Shown here one piece after another: positions 28,117 to 38,500 of a stretch of DNA of 64,000 nucleotides (positions are counted from its first letter, which is position 1; every line of letters begins with the position of its first letter). The notes below the pieces were generated by a model. It was not told the DNA's origin, ran no database searches, and saw only the letters and a list, made by a program, of their open reading frames with translations. The DNA comes from a virus. Location: positions 3,213 to 67,212 of IMG/VR virus record IMGVR_UViG_3300030109_003187. One strand, written 5' to 3'. The position numbers were made by a program, and so were the translations under genes.

Positions 28117-28440
28117 ATGGCCGACGAAAAGAGACCAGAAGAGAGCGAGGGAATAGAGATTCCTGATATTGACGAAATGGAAGCAGGAATTCCAAACTTA
28201 ATAGAATCAGGAGTTATAAAAATAACAGGTAAAATAGAAGAGTGGAATTTAGAAGATGTACTGCGTATGTTTGATAATCTCATATGTAATGGGGATTTCA
28301 AATCATACTTAGATGAAGATGTAGATTTTAAAGAAGCAAAGGATTTAGCGTGGGAGTTATATGAAATGATATACATTGCCTCTGATGTAATTTATAGAAA
28401 CTATTTACAGAAGGAATGGGCAGAACAACTACCTTCCTAA
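28117..28440 (+). CDS. Highly acidic hypothetical protein
   Basis: AT-rich, D/E-rich, at the convergence of the two gene blocks. Confidence 0.6.
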   Translation: MADEKRPEESEGIEIPDIDEMEAGIPNLIESGVIKITGKIEEWNLEDVLRMFDNLICNGDFKSYLDEDVDFKEAKDLAWELYEMIYIASDVIYRNYLQKEWAEQLPS

Positions 28441-28686
28441 CTTCTCAGCCATTTGTCTGAGATAACGGGACAAGCGACCATTGGCCTTCTTGGACAAGGG
28501 TTCAGCCTTGCGCTTACGAACACCCTTGAATCCAAGTTGGCCGTGGAACCTTATGTAGCCACAGAAAGAACATTCGTGAAGCACTACTGGTTCACCTGTC
28601 AGGTATTTGCCTGAGATTGTCAAAGGTAGTGAGAGCCTATTACAGTTCTCGCACTTATGCCTAAGCATTTCTACTAATCTACCCAT
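28429..28686 (-). CDS. Zn-ribbon protein with basic tail
   Basis: CENC...CSFCG; last gene of the late block. Confidence 0.65.
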   Translation of the reverse strand: MGRLVEMLRHKCENCNRLSLPLTISGKYLTGEPVVLHECSFCGYIRFHGQLGFKGVRKRKAEPLSKKANGRLSRYLRQMAEKLGR

Positions 28687-28690
28687 ACTA

Positions 28691-29875
28691 TCATGCCTGT
28701 AAAATTAGCAGATGCCAATCAGTACCATCATAAACAAATCTAGCATACTTGCCATTTGCTATGTTTATATTTGCAGCAGAAGCGTTGTCAGTCTTAGCGT
28801 TGAATACAGTGTTGTAAGAGCCAGAAGTAGATATGTTTCTAACCTCGATAACATGACCAGATGGGAAATCACCACTAGCAGTCAAGGTAGCGTGAGCACT
28901 ACCGCCGTTTGGATTAACTAAGAAAATATTCTCTTGGTCAAAGGTGAAGGTAGTATTGGCCGTTAGTATAGATATCCTGTTAGGTCCTAGTACTACGGTT
29001 TCTGTTGCAGCAGTAGCGTGTAAGTTCTTAGGTATAGCGGCGTAGATTACACCATGCTTACCACTTGACCTATCTTCACGATGACTCTGCCAGATTGCGC
29101 CAAAGGGACTACCAGCCAAATCTCCATTTTCAGGCGAGGCAAAGAAAGCATCCATATCGCCAGCGGAATTGATGGCTTTTGCTGTAGTCACATCACCTAT
29201 CGACCCGTCTGTCATAGGTGTTAGATAAAGTGGGCTGTTTCTAATGAATGTCCTTCTGTCAAATACAGTAGCAGTAGCGCTTAATGCTGCGTTGATATTA
29301 GCAGCGCCTGACGACACCGTGTATCTGAGTACAGCGATTACTGTAGAGTTATGGTTTAAATCAGTATTAGCGGTAATACTTGGGTCTGATAGGAATCGAT
29401 TAGGGATAAGTGGCGTACCTGCTGATGCTGTTACAGGTGTACCTATCTCGTACATGATGTTGGCTTCCGGTGTTGTTCTACCCACTAGGTAGACCACTAC
29501 GAATACTTCACCACTAGAACTGGGTACACTTGGTAAGTCGCCTGCGAAGTTAGTGCTGGTGCCTACGGTAAACGCTTCTGTTCCAGATGGACCGTTAGCG
29601 AACTTATACAATATACCGTCAAGTACACAGTAGCCGCCGTTTACAGTAACAACTCCTCCACTGGATATAGTGACAAACCCCGGTGTTCCAGAAACTATAC
29701 TGTTTCTTAGAGAGTCACCAGCAGCCCCGTCACCTAACCGCAAGATACCGTTACCATGTAGTCCTTCGTACAGATTAGTAAGGCTAGGGCTAGTAAGCCC
29801 ATCGCCGTCTCTAAGTCCTTGTGAATTAGTGCCGTAACCAGTAGCACTGGTATGTCCTGCTTTTGGATTAGTCAT
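28691..29875 (-). CDS. Virion structural protein (tail fibre/baseplate-associated)
   Basis: G/S/T-rich; VTVNGGYCVLDG; C-terminal ARFVYDGTDW beta domain. Confidence 0.65.
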   Translation of the reverse strand: MTNPKAGHTSATGYGTNSQGLRDGDGLTSPSLTNLYEGLHGNGILRLGDGAAGDSLRNSIVSGTPGFVTISSGGVVTVNGGYCVLDGILYKFANGPSGTEAFTVGTSTNFAGDLPSVPSSSGEVFVVVYLVGRTTPEANIMYEIGTPVTASAGTPLIPNRFLSDPSITANTDLNHNSTVIAVLRYTVSSGAANINAALSATATVFDRRTFIRNSPLYLTPMTDGSIGDVTTAKAINSAGDMDAFFASPENGDLAGSPFGAIWQSHREDRSSGKHGVIYAAIPKNLHATAATETVVLGPNRISILTANTTFTFDQENIFLVNPNGGSAHATLTASGDFPSGHVIEVRNISTSGSYNTVFNAKTDNASAANINIANGKYARFVYDGTDWHLLILQA

Positions 29876-30234
29876 TGTCCCACCTCTATTACTGCTGAAA
29901 ATTTAATTTCGTTATTACTTGTCTTTTCTATAGAATTGTAAGTGTATCTACAAAAGTCAGTGGTATCAGTCGAATCTGTTGGATTCTTGTATCTGATAAC
30001 TACTTCCCTCAGAGGTAGCGTGAAACTCACATCTAATGACAGTTTTGCTTCTATTGACAGTGTATTGTCATCTATTACCTTGACATCCGGTTTGACTACA
30101 ACTGCTGGTCTACCTATACCCCCATCCTGCTGGGTGGCAACCGTTCCGTCGAAGCCGAATACTACTTCGTTTATTCTTGCTCTTAGCGTGTCTATCAAAA
30201 ATCTCGTTCCTTCATTTAATACGGGCACTATCAT
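29872..30234 (-). CDS. Small baseplate / tail-fibre N-terminal-like protein
   Basis: LNEG...GFDGT...LREV...IEKT pattern. Confidence 0.55.
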   Translation of the reverse strand: MIVPVLNEGTRFLIDTLRARINEVVFGFDGTVATQQDGGIGRPAVVVKPDVKVIDDNTLSIEAKLSLDVSFTLPLREVVIRYKNPTDSTDTTDFCRYTYNSIEKTSNNEIKFSAVIEVGQ

Positions 30235-32132
30235 CCTCTCCTATTTCTCGAATACTTAGTTTGCGAAACACCTATCTTCAAATGGCTGTTTCTGGACTCT
30301 GGTAGAGTCTCTGGGAGTAAATATATCTCGTCATTGTTACTAACTGGGTGTACACTTCTGGAACTTATTGCTAATATAGTAGCAGTGGTGGTTGAAAATG
30401 TCAAAGTTTGACCTGATAAGGAGCCGCCAGTAGTAGATACAGATAGTTCAAATTCGGTATTGCTAGTAATTGATGATACAAAGGCACCGACAGGTATACC
30501 AGTACCTACTACAAGCATCCCTAGTTTGATACTAGTAGAACTAGCATGTGTTATCGTAGGGTCGTTGTTGTAAGCACCGCTACCTACTGTAAAAGATGCT
30601 ATTTCCATAACATGACCTAGTTTGTTACCGTCTTTGGTATATATCTCTTGATTATTACTAAAGGTAGTAGTAGCACTATTACCATCGACTGTGAATAAAT
30701 AAGTACCTATGGCGTGACCTGCACCGTTATTTATGAGAACACCCGTACTTTGTAGCCTACGGGCGCCATGTAAAGTGTCTCTATTAGGCTGACCAAGGTT
30801 AAATCCAACACCTCTGTTAGAATCTACTCTTTCAGCAATTTCCCAGTTGATTTTCATCTTCAAACCAAAGGATGTACTGAATTCTTCTACACCAAACTGT
30901 CTGTTTCTGTCAAAGTTATCATCCATGCTACCGCTTATGTCGACTTCTTGGAATCTTTGTAAAACATCTTCCAATGTACCGTCAACTGAGTTGACATGTA
31001 GGTCAGACTTGCGATTTATTAAGTCATAAGTCCCACTCAGCACTATTTTCTTCTCACTGTCGTGTCTTGACTGGTAATTTACCAAATCTCCGGGCTGAAC
31101 TTGTGTTGCTGCTAAAACACCACTGTATTGCTTAGAGCCACCGGCTTTTTTAGCCATTCTGAGCATGTTTTGCCCTATTCTTCTAGCACTAGCCTTAGTT
31201 AGAGCAGTTGGTGCCGATATTCCGCCCGGAACCTCGTTAACAGTGTCTACTTGACTACCGAAATCGTCAACTTGGACTACATTTTGGTCGTTATTAGCCC
31301 TAGACTTGCCTCTGACTACTACTCTGTTAGGTACAGCGTCGTTATTGTTCTCAGAAGTGCCCTCAGACACTCTATTTTCATTCAAAAAGTGTTCTCTTTC
31401 AATCTGCGTCTGGGGTACATACAGTAAATTACCAAATCTATCACTTCTAGGTGAATAAAAGTCGTGTTTTGCTAGATATCTTAGTGCATTTATTGAATCT
31501 ACTCCGTAAAAGTCCCTAGCAACGAATGTCCCGCTGTGGGATTTGACCTTGATACCGTTTATCGAACTCTTAGACGAGTTGCCTAACTTGATTGCGAGGT
31601 CAGAAGTCCTCAGCCCTACTCCCACTTTCTGAACAAAACGGATGGTTTTGTCAGTGAAGCCTATATCACTCAGTTTGCTACCTTTTAGGTTCTCTAGTCG
31701 GTATCTATTACCCTTCGTAGCGTTCTGAACCTCTGATAATACCAAGGCTTGGTTATTATGTTCACTACCTACTACCAATGGTGGTAAGACAGTTGCTGGA
31801 TAAGTAGGAGGTTCGGAAGGCGCAACAGTGCTAGTAAACTTAGCCCTAGCCTTGTCACCGTCATAGAACAACGAGCCCTCATAGGTCATACTGTCTGTTG
31901 GATTGTGAAGCAAACGGATGGTATCTTCTTCCTCGATGAGTTTGTATCTGCGCTCAGGTGTAGGTATGAAATCTGTTTTGGTAGGTTTGTTAGCCGCAAA
32001 GCCAGCCTTAACCTTAGTGTACTGAGCATGACGAACAGCGTTGTCGACAAAGCGTGGCTTACGAATCTTCTTCATTACAGCGTTCTGAGCAGCGTCTGCC
32101 CGACCTGTTGCGAGATTCTTACCTAGCGCCAT
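30231..32132 (-). CDS. Baseplate hub / tail-tip protein
   Basis: DRFGNLLY, PNRVVVRG, VQPGDLV hub-like motifs; C-terminal accessory domains. Confidence 0.6.
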   Translation of the reverse strand: MALGKNLATGRADAAQNAVMKKIRKPRFVDNAVRHAQYTKVKAGFAANKPTKTDFIPTPERRYKLIEEEDTIRLLHNPTDSMTYEGSLFYDGDKARAKFTSTVAPSEPPTYPATVLPPLVVGSEHNNQALVLSEVQNATKGNRYRLENLKGSKLSDIGFTDKTIRFVQKVGVGLRTSDLAIKLGNSSKSSINGIKVKSHSGTFVARDFYGVDSINALRYLAKHDFYSPRSDRFGNLLYVPQTQIEREHFLNENRVSEGTSENNNDAVPNRVVVRGKSRANNDQNVVQVDDFGSQVDTVNEVPGGISAPTALTKASARRIGQNMLRMAKKAGGSKQYSGVLAATQVQPGDLVNYQSRHDSEKKIVLSGTYDLINRKSDLHVNSVDGTLEDVLQRFQEVDISGSMDDNFDRNRQFGVEEFSTSFGLKMKINWEIAERVDSNRGVGFNLGQPNRDTLHGARRLQSTGVLINNGAGHAIGTYLFTVDGNSATTTFSNNQEIYTKDGNKLGHVMEIASFTVGSGAYNNDPTITHASSTSIKLGMLVVGTGIPVGAFVSSITSNTEFELSVSTTGGSLSGQTLTFSTTTATILAISSRSVHPVSNNDEIYLLPETLPESRNSHLKIGVSQTKYSRNRRG

Positions 32133-32134
32133 GT

Positions 32135-32560
32135 TCACTCCCCCCTCAATATACCAATTGCTTTGTTGTATCTTCGAGCAAGGCTTTCATGCGGCTGCCT
32201 CTTTAAATTAGCATGTAAGTCAGCCAGTTTAACTTGCTTTGCTTCGGGGTGTTCGTTGACTCGTTGGATGAAATCAAAATATTGTTCTCCTTCACGGCGA
32301 GTCAAGGCATCGATTGCTGAACCGACTTCTGGCCCGAATCTTTCATGAATTTCATCTAAACCTATACCTGTATCTTCTACGACATCATGTAAGTAAGCAA
32401 TTCGCTGTAAATGAGGGTCGGTGAATCCACTCGCTACATCTTCTACATGGGTCATATAAGGCTGTTCGCCATACATTTGGTCACCATGGGCCTGTGTAGC
32501 AAATTCACGAGCCTCTTGAGGCATCTTGAGTAATCGCCAAGCCTCATCCATCGGTGTCAT
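32135..32560 (-). CDS. RelA/SpoT-type HD hydrolase (Mesh1/SAH-like) with N-terminal AWxLLK leader
   Basis: AHGDQ, PYMTH, LHDVVEDT, ALTR, VKLAD..AN; SD GGGGAGTGA before ATG 32560. Confidence 0.88.
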   Translation of the reverse strand: MTPMDEAWRLLKMPQEAREFATQAHGDQMYGEQPYMTHVEDVASGFTDPHLQRIAYLHDVVEDTGIGLDEIHERFGPEVGSAIDALTRREGEQYFDFIQRVNEHPEAKQVKLADLHANLKRQPHESLARRYNKAIGILRGE

Positions 32561-32565
32561 GCGCT

Positions 32566-35500
32566 TCACTCCCCACTATGGTCTCCAGTATTATAAGATG
32601 CATCCCCTTTGCTACCCTTTGGATGTAGCGTCTGGCTATGCCTTGGTTGAACGCTGTAATCACCCTCATCATCATCTATAGAACGACGGCTTGCGTCGGC
32701 TCGGAAGTGTTCAAGAGTGTTTTCTGACATAACCATTCTAGCCACTGGGTTGGTAATATCCGACTTATCATAACCTGTGACATCGACACCGGGTATCTTC
32801 GGCCCTTGGCTGACAGGTACAGTTGTACTTGTGTCTGGGTCAACTGTATAGACAGGTGCATAAGGTGGACTACTTGGTGTACCTGTTCTAGCACCCGGTG
32901 CATCACTAGTGAACATACCATACTTACCACCAGCAGTAGCCCTGTAGAAGTTTGAGTTTTCTTGAGGACTGCTACCTTTCAGTGCTACATAAGACCTAAA
33001 CATCTGGCTGTGCTTGAAGTCAAGTCCGAATGCAGGTCGATATAAGAATTGTATATTGTTGTCAGTAAAGTTGATGTTTTGAGATATAGGATTATGTCCA
33101 TCATCTTGATACGGGTTAGAAGGACTCCAAGTGTTCTGTGTTACAGTAATATTATAACGAGAACTTAGGTATCCTTCGACTAAGTTTATTTCAGCAGCAG
33201 TCAATTTTCTATCATAATGTATAACTTCTGCTATTTTACCAATAAGAGGGAATGTACCAGTCGAGCCAGTATCAGTTACTTTACCTACTTGACTTGCTTC
33301 ATTTGTGTTTTTGTAGTAATTAGGAGTAAGTGTAGAGGATGACAAGGCTAGTCCAGTTGCTAGTGTACCATCTACTCGTAGTCCTTGAGCCGTTACAGTA
33401 CCACCTGCACCGTTACCGCCTTCTATAGACACAGTAAGTATATTTGGTTGATTGACTACCGCAGTTCCGTTTGGTGAATTTATAGCACTCCATGAACTAC
33501 TTTGTCCTGCCCAAAATTCCCATCTGTTAAAACTGCCCGACATGTTAGCATATATATTGTAACCCATTCTAATACTACTAGGGAAACCTCTACTTTCATA
33601 ACCCACTTGATAATTGTTATTATCGTTATTAGTACACATAACGGTGAAAGTAGTAAATTCATTGGTATTTAATCCAGTATCAAAAGATTTTATCAATAAA
33701 TCATCACTACTAAATTGAACACACGGTTTGTTGTTAAATGTAGCATCTGAGGTTACGAATGTAGGTTTGTCGTTAGCGGTGGATTGAGTAAAGTCTCTAC
33801 CATTTCCACTTTGGTCTTTCCATTCGGAAACCGTTGCCCCATCATCTACTGATATAGAATCTGCTCTTAGCCAAAGCGATAGCCCACTTTGTGGTATCTG
33901 TTGACCCCAACCCTTTACATCTAAATTACCAGAATATTTGTTCCAGTCCATCACATAAGTACCACCAAGTGGCCACATAGCATGAGCATCAGAGTGCTTA
34001 ACTACACCAGTAACAGGAGCAGAACTCCAATTGAGAGCAGTCATATCTAGGTCTTTGAGAGTACGGCTTCCGAAGTTGTAAGCACCTCTAATGTTAGTCC
34101 TCTGTCCTACTTCTCTATCAGTGTGCAGGCTGTGAGCCTCTGTTGACATGACTACATATTCACGACTTACTCCGTCGTTAAGTTCCGCTACAGTATCTAC
34201 ATCTAACCCTAGCCTGACATCATCTCTCGATACAGGCTCAGCACCTCTAATGTCTGCGTTAACAGTTTCCGTGGCCTCACCAACATGTGCGCTTGGCTTG
34301 AGTAGCCCATCATCAGAATCAAGGTCTACTCTGTCACTGATGCCTCTTTCTATTTCACCTGCTTGTAGTGTATTGTTACTAGGTCTAACCAAACCTTGTC
34401 CGTAGGCAGGTTCGGCTGTATTAGCAGACAATACTATTCCACTAGCGTCATGCGTTTCACTGATAGCCATCAGTAAACTTTCGTTGAATACAGTAGGCCA
34501 TCTACAGCCTCTTCCATCTCCCCTGTCACCTACTCTAAGCATACTGGCTGGGTTAAACCAGTCTACAACGCCCATGTTAGTGGCATCATTGTTGACTGTG
34601 TTAGCGTTACCACTTTGTCTGTCACCACCGTCTCCACCAAATAAGTCGTTGGCAGCGGGTCTATGCGCTACATTGGTATCTTTGTAAGCGTCTTCTGGGT
34701 CCCAAGATGGTCGCATACCGAATCCTCTTACAGGGAAACGCCTGACATCTTCACCACGAGTATTACCCCACCAGTCTACCATATAATGACGATGAGCCCT
34801 AGCCAATTCTTCTATACCTTGACCTTCTTCGTCATTAGGAAACATTCGAGTTACAGTAGAAGCGTTTCTTACAGTTCTAACAGGACAGCCGAATGAACTA
34901 GTCATTCTTCTACCGTCACTATATCTAACTTGTCGACCAATTTGGTCTTGTCCCAGTAGACTAGAAACTTGAGTTATTCTTTCAAGAATACCAACATAAA
35001 GTGCATCGAAGTTAACATCTGCTTGAGCAGTATCAAACCCTACATAGTCCCAACCACCTGTCTTAGAATCTTGCTGAATAAGTGGGCCGTTATAGTAACC
35101 TAACATGGCTCTTGTATTCGCTACCTCTAGCCAGCCTCTTTCATAAGGCGACCAGCGAGGTCTGTTGTACAGTTGCCTTACACCCATTCTATATCCGAAA
35201 CACCTGTTTCTATCGTTAGGTAAACTCAGAGTGGTAACACCTGTACTGTCTTGGTAAGTTTCGCAATCCATGCCAAAAGTATCGCTACCCCAACCTATCA
35301 AAGAGTGTCCATAAGACTCTAGTCTACTAGTCGCTCCACCACCATGGCTACCGCCCGGCCACATTCCAAAGAAGTTGTATTTGTTACCTCCTGATGTACC
35401 ACCTTGGTGGTTAAGTGTACCATCACCATCAGATAAAGCGTCTATTTGAGCGGCTGTATATACCTGACCAGTAGCGGCTGAGTCGTGAGGAGGGGCTATC

Positions 35501-38500
35501 CACTTCATTCCCAAAGCAAACGGACCTTTACTCGATACATAATTGAAATCGTGATAATGTATAGTTTCAAAGTGCTCAGGTACATGGTTGTATGGTTTTT
35601 GGTCGACTGGTGTATCGGCAGCGCCTGCTTTAGTGTAAATGGACCTTGAAGCATCATCGCTATACCAAGTAAATGGCCTTCCTAAATTAGGATGCCACAT
35701 CGAAAGGAATGCGTCTGCTGGGTGCAATGAGTTAGTATCTCTACTACCGTTGGCTAACTGAGGTAAATTACGGGTAACTATACTTGTATCAGAATCGAGA
35801 TAGATTGATTCTGCACTTCCATAATTGTATGGCTTACTTAAGGTCAGTATATCACCAATGGCTAAATTAGACCAGAAGCCAGCAGTTGCTGATGTATTGG
35901 CAACTCCGTTAAACTTAGTAGTTAATGACGGGTCACCGGTGGCAAGAGTACCGTGTACATTAGTATAAGGGGCAGTATACCTTACACCATTTTTGGTATA
36001 TTCTAATACTTCTCCATAATAGGGCACTATTGGGAAGAGGTCTGCGTTATCTACTCTTATCTCTCCACTACCCTGAGCAGTAGTGATAACTACACAGTGA
36101 GGGTTCAAACTTCTGTTTCTCTTATGTGGTTCATAAATATCTAGGAAACTAGTAGGATAGCCTGCTAATGTTAATTGTGCACCTACAGAGCCATAAGATG
36201 CTCTGCAAAACTCATAATAATTGTCTGGCTTATGCCATTCAAGATATCTAAATTTAGCAGCGGCAGCGGCAGCAGCCCCATCTTTGTGAAGTATACTCCA
36301 CCAAGGAATGTTAAGTGTTCTGCCGGGAGTAGAACTAGCAAACATTCCGGGTCTGTAAGGTAGACTTCTTCTTGTAAAGTTAGGACTAGATGACTCTTGT
36401 ACACCTAGAGGGTTGTACAGTGCTAATGGTGGTAAGTTGGTAAATTGGCTTCCGGGGTCAGGGTCTATGTCTAGTATTATTTCGTTGAGTATAACTTCGC
36501 AACCTCTTACATCCGCCATCATAGCCTCTGAAAGGATTAACGCATAAGCCCCTCTAGTATTCACATCCTTTTCTATAGCAATCACAGTATTGACTTGTTG
36601 ACCTGTCAACTCGGTTACTTTAGAGCCCGCCTCGCTCGGTGCTTTTACAGCATCGCTATGGTTCTGGTGAAAACCTTTGAGTTGTTGTTTGAATACATTT
36701 GGCTGAATGATAATCTGATAAGCGCCTACTTCCAGTGGGTCTGGGAAATGGTTATTCAGTGTGTAAGTAGCAGCCGCCTCTAATACAAGAGTATGACCAC
36801 CTTGTGCATTTACAGCACCTGCGTTGTTACCTACACTAGCAGCCACGCCATAACCTTCGTATTTGAGTTTAGTTTCTGTAAGTAAAGTAAACGCACCACC
36901 GTGTATATCGCTAGGGCTGTAAGCCGCACTAGGAGTAGAAAACCATACAAGTGGGTCTTTGCTGAAACCTTGGGTATCAACTGTATTAGCAGTACTAGTT
37001 CTGTCAGCCTTGATTATACCTGTTAAGGAAGTAGACAAAGGTTCGTGACTAGAACTTTTACAGGCTTGATGTAAATCGTATAGACTTTGATAGGCAGGGT
37101 GAGCGTAGTGTCCCGGCATAAGCGCCATGGTAGGAGTAATGTAATGATGACCCATTCGTGGTATAGGCATAGGTGTCATTCTAGGAGCGTTAATGTATTG
37201 ACTGGGTATAGAATTGGCTGCAAACGCCCCTGTATTAGCGGGTAAGTTGCTGTACATTTTAAACCAATCTATCTTTTTCATATCTGGACTTGCACCACTG
37301 TATTCACTGTGGTCACGGAGTCTACGAGAAGCAAACATTCTGGTTGTACCAGCCGGTACATAATAAGACGGAACTACTTTCAAAGTACTGTTATTAAGGT
37401 CATTATTGTCTATAATAAACTGCTCAAAGTCAGGGCTAAACACGACTTTGTTAGAACTAGTTCCAAAGCCTTTCTTTGATGCTAAATGCGTATAAGAAGC
37501 AATAACACCTTCGCCGGTTTCTGGATTGTAGACTCTTAAGAAATACCTACCACCACTCAACTGGGTACCGTCTAACCAAATACTAGTTTCTGGATTTTCA
37601 TTCACACTTATAGTTCCACCTGAAATATCAGCATCCACAAAATTTAACTCTTGTAAATCATATCTGTGGGTCATAGTTGTTCCCATTCTAGTCACATGGA
37701 AATACAAAGACCTGTCATGCGGCTCGAATGAAGACTTGAGTGGGTTGTTGTCTGTATGGTCCTCCCAACCTTCTTTCTTAGAAGCAGGGAAGCCGAGTCT
37801 GGTGTTACTCTTAGTAAATGATATATCTGTACCATCTTGACTCAAATGCTCCCAACCGTTGTTCTCCCAAGTAGGCCAAACTCTTGGTCCAGCATATTCA
37901 TGACTGAACATCTGTCTTATTTGAGTTATATTTTGAGCAGGGTGCTGTAAACCACCAGAGCCAACTGTTTCATTTTGATAGCCCTGTATTCTATCAAACC
38001 CTGACCTAATTACTATATTGCCCGGTATCTCATCAGGATTAGGTAATCTAATCTTTAGATTTGGATTAACACCTGCACCCGCTAGGGCAGGGGCTAGTCC
38101 TTCTATCTCTCTGTCACTGATATGCCTAAAATCCATAATGACGGTACCAAAAGGAGAGCCGCCTTCTATACGATGCTCTTGACCAGTATCATCTACTACA
38201 ACCATACTTTCAAACTGCTTATGTTCGTTAGGGATAAGTAAGGCATTTCTTATTTCAAGAGGGTGCTGCTCGGCTAGTTGTGGATGTCCTAACTCTTGTG
38301 CTTGGATGATAGGGAACATAGCGGCGTTGGTTGTCTCAAAACTAAATCTAACATTACCTAGTATCTTTTCACCCACCATCTTGTAATCAGTAGCGCTACT
38401 ATCTTTTCTGTTTACCCAAGGAATCATACCGAGCCCTCTGGCGTTGACAGCAGGCATAGTAAGACTACCGCCATCCATTCGCTTCCAAACTACATGCTCT

